From NCBI RefSeq assembly GCF_009914755.1, contig NC_060929.1: a stretch of DNA of 64,000 bases. One strand, written 5' to 3'. The notes beneath the pieces were generated by a model that saw only the letters and a list, made by a program, of their open reading frames with translations, did no database searches and was not told the DNA's origin. The DNA is from the human T2T-CHM13v2.0 reference genome, Homo sapiens. Both the position numbers and the translations under genes were made by a program. Each line of letters opens with the position of its first letter. Position 1 is the stretch's first letter. This document shows positions 39,560-52,854 of the stretch, one piece after another.

Positions 39560-40660
39560 AATCATAAGACACCACTACATGGCAATCAGAAGCAAATTGG
39601 CTATCAATGGGATCTTCCATATACTGCAGGTTAAAATGTGGATTGGTTCAACCTCTTTGAAATTTTATTAGGTGATGGTATGGCATCGCCTAATAAAATT
39701 GAAAATGTGGAAATACTAGCAATCAATTTTTTAGGTATGTATCCTGGAGATATATGTACCTGGGTGCACTAGGACATATGTTCAAGAATCTTCTTCACAG
39801 CTGGGTTTATAATTGTCCCACCAAGGAAACAAACCAAATGCTTTTCAGTAGTATAATGAATAAATAGAGTGGCATATCCACACAATGGGATATTATTGCT
39901 GTGGTCTGAATGTTTGTGTCCCCCAAAACTCATATGTTGAGATCCTAACCCCCAAAGTGATGGTATTAGGAGGTGGGGCCTTTGGAAGGTGATTAGGTGG
40001 AATTAGTGCCCTCATTGAAGAAGCCCCAGAGAGCTGTCTTGCCTCTTCTACCACATGAGGACACAGTGAGAATGCTCTATGAGGAGGTGAGCCCTCTCTC
40101 CCCAGACAACCCATCTGCTGAAGACTTGATCTTGAACTTTCCAGCATCCAGAACTATGAGAAATAAATTTCTGTTGTTTTTAAACTACCCAGTTTATGGC
40201 ATTTTTTATAGCAGCCTGAATGGACTAAGACAATTACATAGGGATGAAACTATATAGACTAGAGTTACACACAACAAAATAGATGGAGTCTATAAACACT
40301 ATTGAGTAAAAAAAAAAAAAAGCCACAAAACAATACACACAGCATGATTCTTTCCTATAAAGTTCAAAACCAGGGAAAACAAAACTACATTTTAAAGGAT
40401 GCATACTATATTGATATGACAAAAATAAAAACAAAATTATTTCCACAGAGGCCAGGAGAGTGGTTACATGTAGAGGGAGGAAGATGCCTGGGTTTGGGAG
40501 GGGCGTATGAGGAAAGAACTTCCAGAGTGCCGGTGATGTTCCCTTTCTGACCTGAGTGGTGCTTGCACGGTGTTTGCTTCTTAATCGTTTTACAACTGTG
40601 CCCATATGTGTTACATATTTTCTCTGTGTCATGTTTCATGATATAATGTTTTACAACATC
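39560..40660 (+). mobile_element. L1ME-type 3' fragment interrupted by an MLT1A LTR
   Basis: L1 3' motifs on both sides of the LTR (gcaatcaattttttaggtatgtatcc; gattctttcctataaagttcaaaaccaggg). Confidence 0.7.
39897..40232 (+). mobile_element. MLT1A-type MaLR solo LTR
   Basis: tgctgtggtctgaatgtttgtgtccccc...gcagcctgaatggactaagaca; TSD attat/attac. Confidence 0.88.
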
Positions 40661-43389
40661 ACTGAGCATTCTACATAATTCATTTAATTCTCCCTGCCAC
40701 CACCATCTCTTTCTCTCCCCAGTTCTTTGTTTGAAGATCATGCCCAGGTGCTTCGTTCACTCTAAGAGACATGAAGATTCTAATCACTAATTTTCTTAGT
40801 CTCTTTGGTTAATTTTAAGAATGAAATAGGACTGGGAAGAAATGGGAACAGTAACATTCAACAGCAGCTACAGAGTGGGGAAGTGGACTAAACACCCATT
40901 AGTACAAATTTATTCTAAGACAAGTATGTTCTCTATTTTATAGTTTACTTCAGAGCAAATTAATTCATCTAAATTATCTAATAATCAGAGTGCCAGTAGC
41001 TTAATTTTCACATTAAGCATAATTATTTAGGTTATCTACAAGTGTCTTTCCCAGTATTTGCCTCTCTACAGCCATGAATTCTATATTGTAATCCAATTTT
41101 GATTTGAAATTGAAAAAACACTTTAATAAAAGCTTTATTTAAAACCAATTATCAAGATTTCTCTTTTTCCACTTAGTAAATGATTCAGTTGCAAGATGTT
41201 GCTTAAGAATCCAGTAGAATCATGTCTGTCAACAAAATCAAGCTTGCTAAGCTTTCTCCATTCCTTTCAGCATTATTTATAAAGCTCACCATTGTCAGTA
41301 GCTACTAGGCCCATCAAGGCAGTATCTATTTGTGAGACGGTTCTTTTTAAAAATCTTGTATTTAATGACTAATTTTTCATTTTCCATTATGTTAACCACA
41401 GAGGGCTGAATAGACTGCATTTGGTAGGCGGTATTCATGGTGGGATGGTGCACGGACACGTGAGCACGTGCACACACACACCCCAAGCCACACCATTGGA
41501 AGATTTCAGTCTACAGAAATGAACTCAGTGAGTGCCCACCGGCCTGGTTTTGCCAAATATCCTCAGGCCACTTGACATTGACGCCTCTCATCTCCAAATC
41601 TTTCAAGTAATGCCAAACTGTGGGGAAAAAATTCGAGAAATGCATGACTGTCTCTTCCATCATTTGGTGAATAGAAGAGCTGAATCAAATAATGCCTGCC
41701 CTTTCAAATGTTTCTGTTTTCTTTTGGGCTGTTGGCATCCACACATAGTTTTATTAGTCAAGGAAAATCACAGGAAAAGGGGATGCTTTGAAGGGCTAAC
41801 GCTTAGATGATTTTAGTTTTCTGAAGTTTATTTCCTGGAGATGGTTGCATTTCAGGGATTGAGGAAGCCTCTCTAACTGCATTTGTATCTACTAAATAGC
41901 TCATGAAACTAGAATGAATTTTTATAAGCATTATGTCCCAATAATATCCAGCAACGGTAGTATGGGCAAATAAATTGTGCCCATACTATAATATAATAAA
42001 AGGGATAAGCTTGACCCTAACTGAATTTCCATTTCAACTCTAGATTATCACATTATCGGATGAGTCTCTGTATTCTTCGAAGAGGTTTTGATACCAGATT
42101 TATTGGCATAATTAAAAATGAAGTGATAATGAAAGGGCCCCCCACTGCTTTACAAAACCTGTATAGTGGTCCTTTGATTTCTATGGTAATGACACGACAG
42201 ATATGCCACACGAATTCTCACAGCTGTCTCGGCACAACATGAACAGCTGTTCCACTTAGAATTCCAATGAGGGTCAGCTAAAAACCAGGAACTTACACAG
42301 TGGTATGCTCCCAGCACAGGAGAAGGGTGAGACTACTGGTTCTCCCATCTCTGCCACCTGCTTAAATATGGAATTCTGTAAGCTCTGCGTCATGCGGAGA
42401 TAACCTCCATAACCAAATAGGTGGGCAAGCTTGTGTCTAGGTTTAACAACTCTTGATGGTCAGTCAATCGATTTAAATAAGGTATAAAACATTTTTAATT
42501 TAAAATTTTAATATTGGATGCAAAATAATTTGTTACATATTTTAAATGCTTTGTATAATGTAATGTTACATATGTTTAACTTAAAATATGTTTTATATTA
42601 ATAAAACAAATATTGGTAAAGCCATCCTTCAATTTATGAAATAGAACCTATGAATTTGGTTGAAGGCCTTTTTGTGGTCTTAGAATCCCAGTGCACTGCC
42701 TGTCCTCCCATAGATAACAACTACTCTGAAATTTTGCAATTGTTCCTTCTTTCTTTTTCCTTTTTTCTAAATTCACTTGCATCCCTAAATAACAGATTAT
42801 TTAATTTTGTTGGTTTTGAATTTATACAATGATGTACAGCTTTCTGCATTCTTCTAGGACTAGCCCTTTTCATTCAACTGTCTCTAAGATTCACACATAT
42901 TGAGATACGTTGTTGTAATTCATTCATTTTTACTACTTTGTTTAATTGAATTAAATATGTAAAAGTTCCTGGTTTTACTGTGATAATGCTGCTATGCAGG
43001 TATTTTGGTATAAGTCTCTCGGTTCACATGTGTTAATGTTTCTCTGGGGTATACACCTATGAAGGGAATTGCTGTATGTGCATGTTTACCTTTTTAAGAT
43101 AATGCTAAAATCTTTTCCAATTTCCACAGCAATGTGTAAGTGTTCTCATTGTTCTACATCTTTGCCAAAACTTAATCATGCAAGACTCACTTTTTGCTAG
43201 TTTTTTGGGCATAAACCTTGTATCTTTTAATTTGCATTTATCTAAATACAAATGAGTTTGGGTTTGTTCTTCGATACAAATTTAAGAAAAAGCTTGTTGA
43301 GTTTGATTTTTAAAAAACCTTATTAGGATTTTGTTTGGAATTGCATGATATTAGTAGATTAATCAGGGGAGAATTATCAGGTTAAGAAC

Positions 43390-43854
43390 TGTGAAAGGTT
43401 TGAGATTTTACTCTACTTGTAAATTTACATCAGTCTGTTAGTTTCAGGGATGCTGGCAGAAGACGCTAGACTCTTGAATCAGAGACAAAGGACTTTATTA
43501 CCCACAGCAATGGCAGTAGCCAGAGTATCAGCATTTTCCTGAAATGCTGATTCTGAAGGTTCTGAAGCTGCAATTCCCACAGGAAATGTGAAGAGGGTGG
43601 GTGACCCCTGTGTCTGTACTGGGTTGTGGTACAGGAGAGGAACACTGAACATAGGAAATAAGTATTTTATATGGAACAGCAAGTATGTTTACCCTCTGCT
43701 CTAGAGGGAGACACTATCCCTGCCTTCGAAGGCTGTTCACCATAAGGACGTCTTTGAAAAGATAATCCAGAGCAAAGGCAGCACATAAGTAAGCAATCTC
43801 TGCTTGAAAGATGTGCAGAAATGCAAGATGCCTATGGAGATATGTCTCTCAACA
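43390..43854 (-). mobile_element. LTR40-like ERVL solo LTR
   Basis: The minus strand begins TGTTGAGAGACATATCTCCATAGGCATCTTGCATTTCTGCACATC, which resembles the LTR40 5' end, and ends in CA. Confidence 0.75.
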
Positions 43855-44277
43855 TGACATCTGTAGAATATTAAGACTTCCTTTCCGTGAAGATGTTTGC
43901 TGTCTACATTTTTTTCTGTCTTTTAATATAGTTTTGTAATTGACTCATAAAAGGAATGTTACTTTGCGTATTTGTTGCTTTTTTAAAAAGTATTTTTTGA
44001 AATTACGTTTTTCTACTTCATGATTGGTATATAGAAATGTAAATAGGTATTATATTTGAACATTACATCAACTAACTTTTAAATCCTCTTAATTCTATTT
44101 TCTAGATTCTTTTGGGGTTTTGCTTGTCTATGTCTGTTATGTCTATATTCTTGTCAGCTATGTATAATTCAGTTTGTCCTTTCCATTATGGCTCTTACTC
44201 TTTTATTTTGATATTTCTGTGCTGGCTTAGCTCTCTGATTACCATGTTAAATAGAAGTTATAATAATAGTAAACATT

Positions 44278-44563
44278 CTTTTTTCTTTTTCTGATACAAG
44301 GTCTTGCTCTACTGCCCAGGCTGGAGTGCAATGCTGTGATCATAGCTCAGCGTAGCCATGAATTCCTGGATCCAAGCAATCCTCCTGCTTCAGCCTCCTG
44401 AGTAGCTAGGACAGGAGGTGCCACGCCCAGCTACTTTAAAAATTTTTAGAGTCAGGTCTCACTATGCTGCCCAGGCTGGTCTTAAACTCCTGGCCTCAAG
44501 TGGTCCTCCCACCTCGGCCTCTAAAAGTGTTGAGATTGCATGTGTGAACCACTGTGCCTGGCC
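44278..44563 (-). mobile_element. Alu (AluJ-like)
   Basis: cccaggctggagtgcaatg...ccactgtgcctggcc. Confidence 0.92.
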
Positions 44564-44987
44564 TTTTAAAAATTTTATACTATTTATTTAGTTTTTTCTT
44601 TAAGTATCTGTTCATTTTGGTAGTTTCTTTTTTCTTATACGTGTTAAACACCTTTTTAATACAACACGTTTATTTTGTAGTATGTATCTGAAAATGTAAT
44701 ATTGAAGTCTTTGAGGATGTGGATCTATTTGTTGTTTCTACTGACTTGCCCTGCTAATCCTGGGTTATGTCCTTTTCATTTCTCTGTGATTTTAGATTGT
44801 GGGTTTATATTTGCTGGCATGCTATCTCTGCGGTTTCTTTTGAGGACTGGGTTGAGGGTACCTTTCTTTCTCCAGGGATGATTTGTGTTTGCTTTTGTCA
44901 GACACTGAGCACTACTGACATGAATCCTCTTAAAAATACAATGATCAGCCATATAAACTACGTAAACAGTGTAGATTCAGTTACTAA

Positions 44988-45331
<344 letters not shown>

Positions 45332-45624
45332 TAAACCCATTTGAATGTTTTTAGCCAGTAGCTGTTAATTTGCAGGGGAGCCCTTAAAAAAAATCCATGA
45401 ACAGCCCAGGCTGAGAATGGTTACTTTCCTCACTATCTGCCTCTTCGATTTTTTGATTTATTGTAGTTCACTGTTTTTAAAAGGGTAGAGCATTTCAGGG
45501 ATCCAGGCTTTCCGTGAGGTAGGTATGACTCTCAATTATTCACTGGCCCTAAATGTTCCACAAGTTCTCTAGGCTATCGTGATCAATATAGTCCCACGTT
45601 CTGATTGTTTCCAGGGTTGTCTCT

Positions 45625-46040
45625 AGAGAGATAAAAGTTTAGCTCATGCATCAGAGTCACCTGGAGGATTTGCACACAGATTTTGGGACCTTACTCTCTG
45701 AGTTTCTGATTTAGTAGGTCTCATGTGGGGCCCAAGAATTTGTGTGTCTCAGTTCCCAGGCAATGTTGATGTGATTGATCTGGGGGCTATACTTGAGAAC
45801 CAACTCTATGGACTAGGTTGATTGGCAAATTTTCTCTGTGAAATGCCAGAGTAAATCTTTCTGACTTTGTGGATCACATGGCCTTTGTGAAACCACTCAA
45901 CTCTACTGTTGTAGCATGAAATCAGCCATAGAGAATGCAACAACAAATGGGTATGATTGTGCCCCAAGAAAACCTTATTACAAAGATATGTGTCTGGCCA
46001 CGTTTGACCCAGGGTCCACTCTTTGCTGATCCCTGTTCTA
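45625..46040. mobile_element. MER5A-like and MER58A-like hAT-Charlie MITEs (adjacent)
   Basis: gcatcagagtcacctggagg...ttgagaaccaact (MER5), then ttggcaaattttctctgtgaaatgccag...tttgctgatccctgttcta (MER58). Confidence 0.7.
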
Positions 46041-46289
46041 GACTGCTGTTCGCGTTTTGTCCCGGGCCACAGGAGCTTTCTTTTGCTTTCTCGCAGGTAT
46101 ATTGGTCACTTAAGAAGGTTTTTAAAAAATATTTTAATGAACATTTTTAGATGTTACATAGCAGAAAATCTTTCAGGATCTCCTTTCCATTATATCATTA
46201 GAAGTGGAAGTCCTGCATTTTAAATTTCTACTTGTTTGAATAATTTAGGACAATGCTTTTCTAGCAGATCTGATTTTTCCCACAAGTCC

Positions 46290-46760
46290 AGTCTCTTTAG
46301 TAGGCCATAAAATGTTTATGATTTGCCCTTGTTTTCTTCCTGGAACCTTTCCCACCTGCTGCCTCTATATAACATACCTTCCTATTAAACTCAGTTACCT
46401 CAAGGGCCCTGCTCTTTCCATGCTATCTCATTCCCTCATGCCTTCGCACATACTTTTCTATTTTCCAGGTTACCTTCCATTCCTTCCCCCAAGCAAAGCT
46501 GGTAAATTCCCGCTACTTCTCTAGCCTTCATGAAAATCCTCCTCCTCTGTGGAGCTCTCCCTTCCCAAAGCTGCTGCTCGGCCCTAGATGCGCTCCCCAT
46601 AATTATGCCCATCATTATATCTATTGTACTCCACTGTTATTGCTAGTGCCCCACAATGTGCCCTTGTTAGGCTGTGAGTAACTTGAGAGTGGGAGTGAGT
46701 TCATTTATCTTTAAATTTCCAGTGCCCATACATATTTGTCACTCAATAAATGTTTTATGA
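46290..46760 (+). mobile_element. L2 3' fragment
   Basis: Ends cactcaataaatgttttatgaat, typical of the L2 terminus. Confidence 0.6.
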
Positions 46761-46839
46761 ATTTATTTACTTTGGAAAAATAGAATATATGGCTATATAA
46801 ATGATGACTATTTAGGAAATGGGATTTTAACAACTCATT

Positions 46840-47192
46840 TGATACGGTTTGGCTGTGTCCTCATCCAAATCTCATCTTCAACTGCAGTTCCCATAATCCC
46901 CACGTGTCGTGGGAGGGACCCAGTGGGAGCCAATGGAATCATGGGGGTGGTTTCCCCCATGCCATTCTTGTGATAGTGAGGAAGTTCTCATGATATCTGA
47001 TGGTTTTACAAGGGGCTTCTCCCTTTGCTTGGTTCTCATTCTTCACTCTCCTGCCACCTTGTGAAAAAGGACTTGTTTGCTTTCCCTTCTGCCACGATTT
47101 TAAGTTTTCTGTGAGTCGATTAAACCTCTTTCCTTTATAAATTACCCAGTCTCAGGTATACCCTTTTAGCAGCATGAGAATGGACTAATACA
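46840..47192 (+). mobile_element. THE1 (B/C-like) solo LTR
   Basis: tgatacggtttggctgtgtcctcatccaaatctcatc...gcagcatgagaatggactaataca. Confidence 0.9.
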
Positions 47193-47379
47193 CACTTATG
47201 TAAATCCTTGAGATTTTAATCTTATCTCTATAATCACCAGCCCAATTAGAACCTCCTAAACTCAGTCTCGTTTATTATTCTGGGTTAGTCAAACCTACAT
47301 AAGTCTGTAGTGAAACACAGAAATACACAGACCACTGCATGCATCATACCCAACCAGCACTGGGGAGGACATTTGTTGT

Positions 47380-47424
47380 CTCTAAAATAAAACAAAAGAC
47401 ACAGTGTTTTGTTTCTCTTTTATT
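47380..47424 (-). terminator. Polyadenylation signal (AATAAA) with U/GU-rich downstream element
   Basis: Plus-strand tttatt at 47419-47424 is AATAAA on minus. About 20 nt further on, the minus strand reads gtcttttgttttattt (a DSE-like element). Confidence 0.7.
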
Positions 47425-47761
47425 GCAACCCATTGCAAGGTCAAAGATTCACAGAAATATAGAAACTACAAACCGGGTGAATTTTCTTTATCCACTCAAA
47501 AAGACATTAAAGACAAAGGACCAGAATTTTCCACTACAGCAATATATTTCATAGTCTTTATTCTGAAAATACTGTTGACATTTTGGAGAGAATAAAAAGC
47601 CCTGCATTAAACGTGTTCACATGTATTTATGACATTCTAAGCAAAAAAAAGAAACTCTATATTGCCCAGAAAAATTATTTTAAGCCTCATTTCAAAGCAT
47701 CTAATGAGAACACATTCAACAACCATCACAGGACCACTCAAGGTGATGCTTTTTTCTGGCT

Positions 47762-47793
<32 letters not shown>

Positions 47794-50093
47794 AGATTAA
47801 TGCTTTGAGGCTGGATATGGTATTTCTATGGATTTCTACAAATGTACCAAAGCAGTTTTCCAGATTATGTTGCATCAGGCTTTCTGGATTAGTCAACATT
47901 TTAGAGAATAAGTGCAAGTCCCCACCCCACACCCAACCCCCCAAGCTAAAGCATGTTATAGTGCTGTACTTTAGATTCAAACAATGCAACATTTAAAAAA
48001 ATCAATTATACATTCTGAAACCATTTGACAACCAAACTGTAACACTCCAAAGGTTATTACAACTTTGAACTGAAATGGTACCATCTATATCATAGATGGC
48101 TCTCCCTTCTTTTGTCTTTTTTAACTATTTAAAATATAGTATGACATATATAAAAATTAAACTTTTGCATATTCACTCAAGCTACTATTACTATACATAC
48201 TGTCTTATAAATTAGTTTTGGATTAAAAATCAGTTAAAATATTGTGAAATAAGATATTTCAGTGGTGGGGAAGTGGATATGAAAATGATACAGTTCAATG
48301 TGTAAGAAGAAATATAGTTTATTAATGTTAAACAGCTTTTTTCTTACACAAATTTTATTCCCTTCAAATTAAATTAGAAACCCATTTAGTTATGGGAAGA
48401 ATACTCATGGTGCTTACTGACTAGATTTTCCTAACCGATTGGGATTAAAACAAAAATGCCACATCAGAAACATGTTGACATAATCAAAGGAAACAGTCGT
48501 TTACAAAAAAAGAGAATCAGTAGAAATCAGTAAATGGCATTCAAATGTAAAGCTATCTTGTTTCTTACAGCTAATGTCATGTTAGCAATGTGAGACTTAA
48601 AGAAAGTGAAACTCAAACCTCAGTATATCTGTTAAAGACCAAATAACAGTTATATTCACTCAGGGAAAAATAAATAGCAACTTCACAAGTTAGGGTTTTG
48701 TTTCTAGTTCTACTGTGAAAGATAATCACTCTTTAGCTTAAAAAGGCTCCCTGATGTCCTCATTATAAATCTAGACACAGGAACAGTTATTTGAGCCTGA
48801 GTCCCTATTATGAATTAATTGTAAAGATGTGTTAAATCAAAACATATATTCATTTACTGATAGGTCTTGTCTTAACTGAAGCTGGCAATCCTTAATTAAA
48901 CAAAGAAATGCTTATTTCTGACAAGTGTAAACAGAATTTCAATGAACAGATTTTCTAATTTTCTTTCTTAACTCATATATTAGCTAGCAATAGATCTTTG
49001 CAGTAGCATGAGAACTAGTCCAAAATGACAACATGCATATATCCAAAAAACCTGTTCAAGAACCCAAAGCAAAGCAAAAAGAGCAACAACAGTAGAAAGA
49101 TTGTCTACTTATATCTCACTCATGAATCTTCTATTAATGTGACTACCCTCTCATATCTCAGAAATAGACTTTAATAATTACCAAAATTAAGAAAATAATG
49201 AAATGATCTGTAGTTTTTAAAATAACTGCACACCATTAATTACATTGGTGGCTTCAATGCTAAGATTAGTTTCAAATATCATTAAAATATATCCTGACCA
49301 GTTACTATCCAGGAAATAAAAGCTAACACAATGTTAACATAAAACCAACTAAAATATTTAGTGCTCAACAGAATGCATTTGTAGAATAATGTATAATTAA
49401 CTTTCGTGAGCTGGCCAGGAGAGTTCAGACTGTTGCCTCTATATAACAAATTTAGAAAAGGCTTTATTCTTTCTAGTCCCCAAGTCACCCACCAGATAGC
49501 AAGTTGGCCACCCGAGGATACACGGAGTTAGGCAGTGCCACAGTGGATAACATGCTACCTTAGTGGCCTGGAAGAAGGCTTCTCTGTCAGGAAACGATCT
49601 AGAGTAGATCAGAGCCCTGGTGTAGATGTGCATACGTGTGAATATGTGAGAGAGTGTAAGTGCCTGTACGTGTAACATCACTTCTGCTGTAGTCATCATC
49701 AGTAGAAGTGCACAATTCATCCATGTAAAAAGAAGGCCTTCTTACTTGGACATCTCCAAGTGGCAGCAATTAGAAGCTCAGAATAATACATCCAATTTTT
49801 TGACTCTATATTAAAAATAATTTTTTTTTAAAGAGAAAGAAGCCTTTGAAGTTAAAAACTAAAAAGTTTGTGGCTTTCATAATCTTTAATTTCTAAGAAA
49901 AAAAGCCAGCTCACTTGGGAACAAATGACAACTGCACTTTTGGTATGCAGTATGCAAACAAGACACAAATACACATACTTGAACACACACAGACAGGTGA
50001 CAGTTAAAACCCTTCCGAGAGATCAGCTCCCCAAATGTACAATTCTCCTCTGCTCTGCTGAATGATCCCAGTGGACTAGGCGAGGCAGGAGCA
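47400..50093 (-). other. FBXL17: FBXL17 3'UTR (~2.7 kb)
   Basis: AT-rich stretch with no recognisable interspersed repeats, running from the stop codon to the AATAAA at 47419-47424. Interspersed repeats resume immediately beyond it (THE1 at 46840-47192). Confidence 0.8.
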
Positions 50094-50234
50094 CTAGGAG
50101 GAGGCGGCAGACATGTTGGGGGTCCAGCCCATCTGATAGGCTCTCTCCAAGGTCCTCTTGCAGTCCTGCAGGACAGTGCTGAAGGTGATGTGGGGGTACT
50201 GCTGCACCAGCTGTTCCACCGTCACTTCGTTGAC
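50094..50234 (-). CDS. FBXL17: FBXL17 (F-box/LRR-repeat protein 17), last coding exon, 46 aa + TAG
   Basis: The minus strand reads ...ctcttctttgtttgcag|GTC AAC GAA GTG ACG GTG GAA CAG...GCC GCC TCC TCC TAG = VNEVTVEQLVQQYPHITFSTVLQDCKRTLERAYQMGWTPNMSAASS*, which I recognise as the FBXL17 C-terminus. It has a canonical pyrimidine tract and CAG acceptor (50235-50237), phase 0, 141 nt. Confidence 0.93.
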   Translation of the reverse strand, partial: VNEVTVEQLVQQYPHITFSTVLQDCKRTLERAYQMGWTPNMSAASS

Positions 50235-51639
50235 CTGCAAACAAAGAAGAGTCACCATCACGCACAGAGACCACCAACACCACGCCGCTGCCCACGCTCA
50301 CTGATGTGCTGCAGCTGGCTCACTGTGACACGAAGAGCCCTCGCCTTGTTCCTCCTAGCGATGTGAGGAAGGGTTTTGTGAGAAGATATGTGTCCCATTT
50401 CATCTGACCTCTCTGATCTCCCAGTAACACACCTGCCCTTAGGGATTTTTAATGTAACATCAAGAAATCAAAAGTGTTTTCTAGAAGCATAAATGACTGT
50501 GATTTGTCAAGATCTTAACAATGTCCATTGAAAATCTAGTGCTTGGGAGGTAAAGAAGCAGTAAGATAGCTAATGTGCATTTGACTTCATCATCAACCCG
50601 ACAGCCTTTTTAGGACAAAAATTGTGGAATGCCGGAGAGGACACACTAGATTCCAGACAGAAGTGTTGGGGAAGATGTTTATTTTTCTTCCCTTTAAATG
50701 TTAAGGTACGGCAAACTTCAAGTTCCTTTGTGAAAAGGGCTGAAATGTGAGGAATCAATAATTAAAACATACATGGCTGGCAGGTCAGAGATGGCCCCAA
50801 TAGACCTTAACCATCAAAGATACCACCTTGATTCTTGATTAGACAAGGCAATCAGACAGGCCTAATTAAAACTAACACCTTTACAATTGCTGTGCTGTGA
50901 AGGGATTAATTTGTCAATTATTTTTAAGCCGATTGCAGTTCATATCACAGAAGTAGACAGTTTTCTTCATCCTTTAGATAAATAAATGATTAACCTAAGA
51001 ACCACAACTTTTAGGTAGCTTTATTTAAAATCTTTATTGAACACTTGAGCATTTTCAAATACATCAATATTTCATTTATACCGAGTAAGCTAGTCTGAAA
51101 AAAGGGACTTGTGATACACATTTTTGAGCACACCTCTTGATGTCCATTATTGGAAAAGATCAAGACCACTAGGAAAAACCTAAAACAACATCAAACCCTT
51201 GCTGTTTGCTTTGAAAGCCTGCTTAGAAGTATGATGATCATGAAATTCAGCTATCTGCACTTTTCTGAAATAGCATGATGTTTTCTAAGTGATCTAGAAA
51301 ACTATGTTATCTGTTAATTCTTTTTACATTATTGAGAGTTGATATTTCAACATTGTGTTGATGATACTAAATCTTTGCCAGAGCATTTCTCTACTTAAGA
51401 CTTGCTTGCGTTTAAGTGAACTTTTATTCCAAATTTAACCAAGCCACATAACTAATTCCTTTTGTGATAAAGCTATGATTTATAACGTTTTATTTTCAAA
51501 AGCTAAAACAATTTTGAATAAAAAAAGGAAAACTGATACACATATCGAAGTTGAAATATGAACTGATGAATTTAATATAATTTAAATGCGTGCTCTAAGT
51601 CTAGAGTTCAGACAGCTTATAACAGTACATTTAGGAGTC

Positions 51640-52560
51640 ATGTATCATCTGGCCTTGCCTATTCCTCTAGCATATTTTTGATACTATCCAGCCACTTGGC
51701 CTAGTTTCAGTTTATTAAGTTGTTCAAGTTCCTTCTGGTCTTGGGATCTTTACACATCCCTGGAATACTTTTTGCCCCACTTATCCATTATGACCCCTTT
51801 CACATGCCTACTTCCTACTCATCTTTGAGTTCTTAGCTTCAATGTCATTTTCCCAGCAAATTTGGATCACTGCCTTATCTCTGCTCCCCTCACTAAGTTA
51901 CATAAGTATTCCAGATCATTCACTCTTTCAATACTCCCTACTTTTCCCCCATAGTACTTATTATTGTACTAAGTTTATGATTGCTTAGTTTAATGTCTAT
52001 TTCTCTTGCTCCAATCTAAGATCTATAAGAACTATCATGAGCCAGGAATAGTTATTAGTGAGTGAATGCTAAAACAAATACAAACTACAAATAAAAAATA
52101 GAAATCCAAGAATAAGGCAAAGCCAGACACTAACATACTAATCAAGAAGACTAATGATTTCTTGAGGAACTCACATTCAGCTCAAGAATCTCCTTCTTCA
52201 GGGAAGCCCTCCCTAAGCAACCCAACCCAGAAGGTTGAGTTAGGCACCCCTTCCCAGTGCACCATGGCAGGCACCCTGCAAGGTATGTCCGCTCTTTGAG
52301 CACTCTCACACTGTACTACAATTATCTGTCCACTTGCCTATCTCTTCCACCTGAATAAAAGCCTATGGAGATTAAAGATTGCCTTTTATCTTTGGGCTGT
52401 TCAAAATAGAGAACCAAGGCATGTTACTTCTTTAAGACTTGGTTTTTCTAAACTGTAAAGACAGGATAAAAGTACATATCATAGGACTGTTATAGCGATT
52501 AAATATAATAATATGCCTCGCACTGTGACTGATATAAAAAGCCCACCATACAGTAGCTCT
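51640..52560 (+). mobile_element. L2 fragments and MIR
   Basis: L2 motifs (ttcctactcatctttgagttcttagcttcaatgtc; cttcagggaagccctccc) and a MIR core near 52440-52530. Confidence 0.6.
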
Positions 52561-52854
52561 CACTATTGAAGGAGACACTCAGTAAATGGTCACTGAATGC
52601 AAGAGTTAATTCATGATCTCTTAGGGCCACCAATTCTCTATAGCATTAATCAATATTGTTCCACCTCTAAGTTATCTCATAAAATAAACCTTGTTAACAT
52701 TAGTTGTAATGTTTAAAATAAATTAATCACCAAGCAAGGAATAACTTTTAGAATGTTCTCCATGTACAAGAAGAATCTATTTTTTCTTAATGGTTTCTTG
52801 AGCAGATTCCAGAACTCTCCTTAATAACATAGTCCAGGTTTTAAGTAACTACTT

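Noticed and set aside
50023-50301. 92-aa minus-strand ORF overlapping the FBXL17 exon
   Set aside because: It is in a different frame from the real exon (offset 67 nt from the acceptor) and starts in the intron; a shadow ORF.
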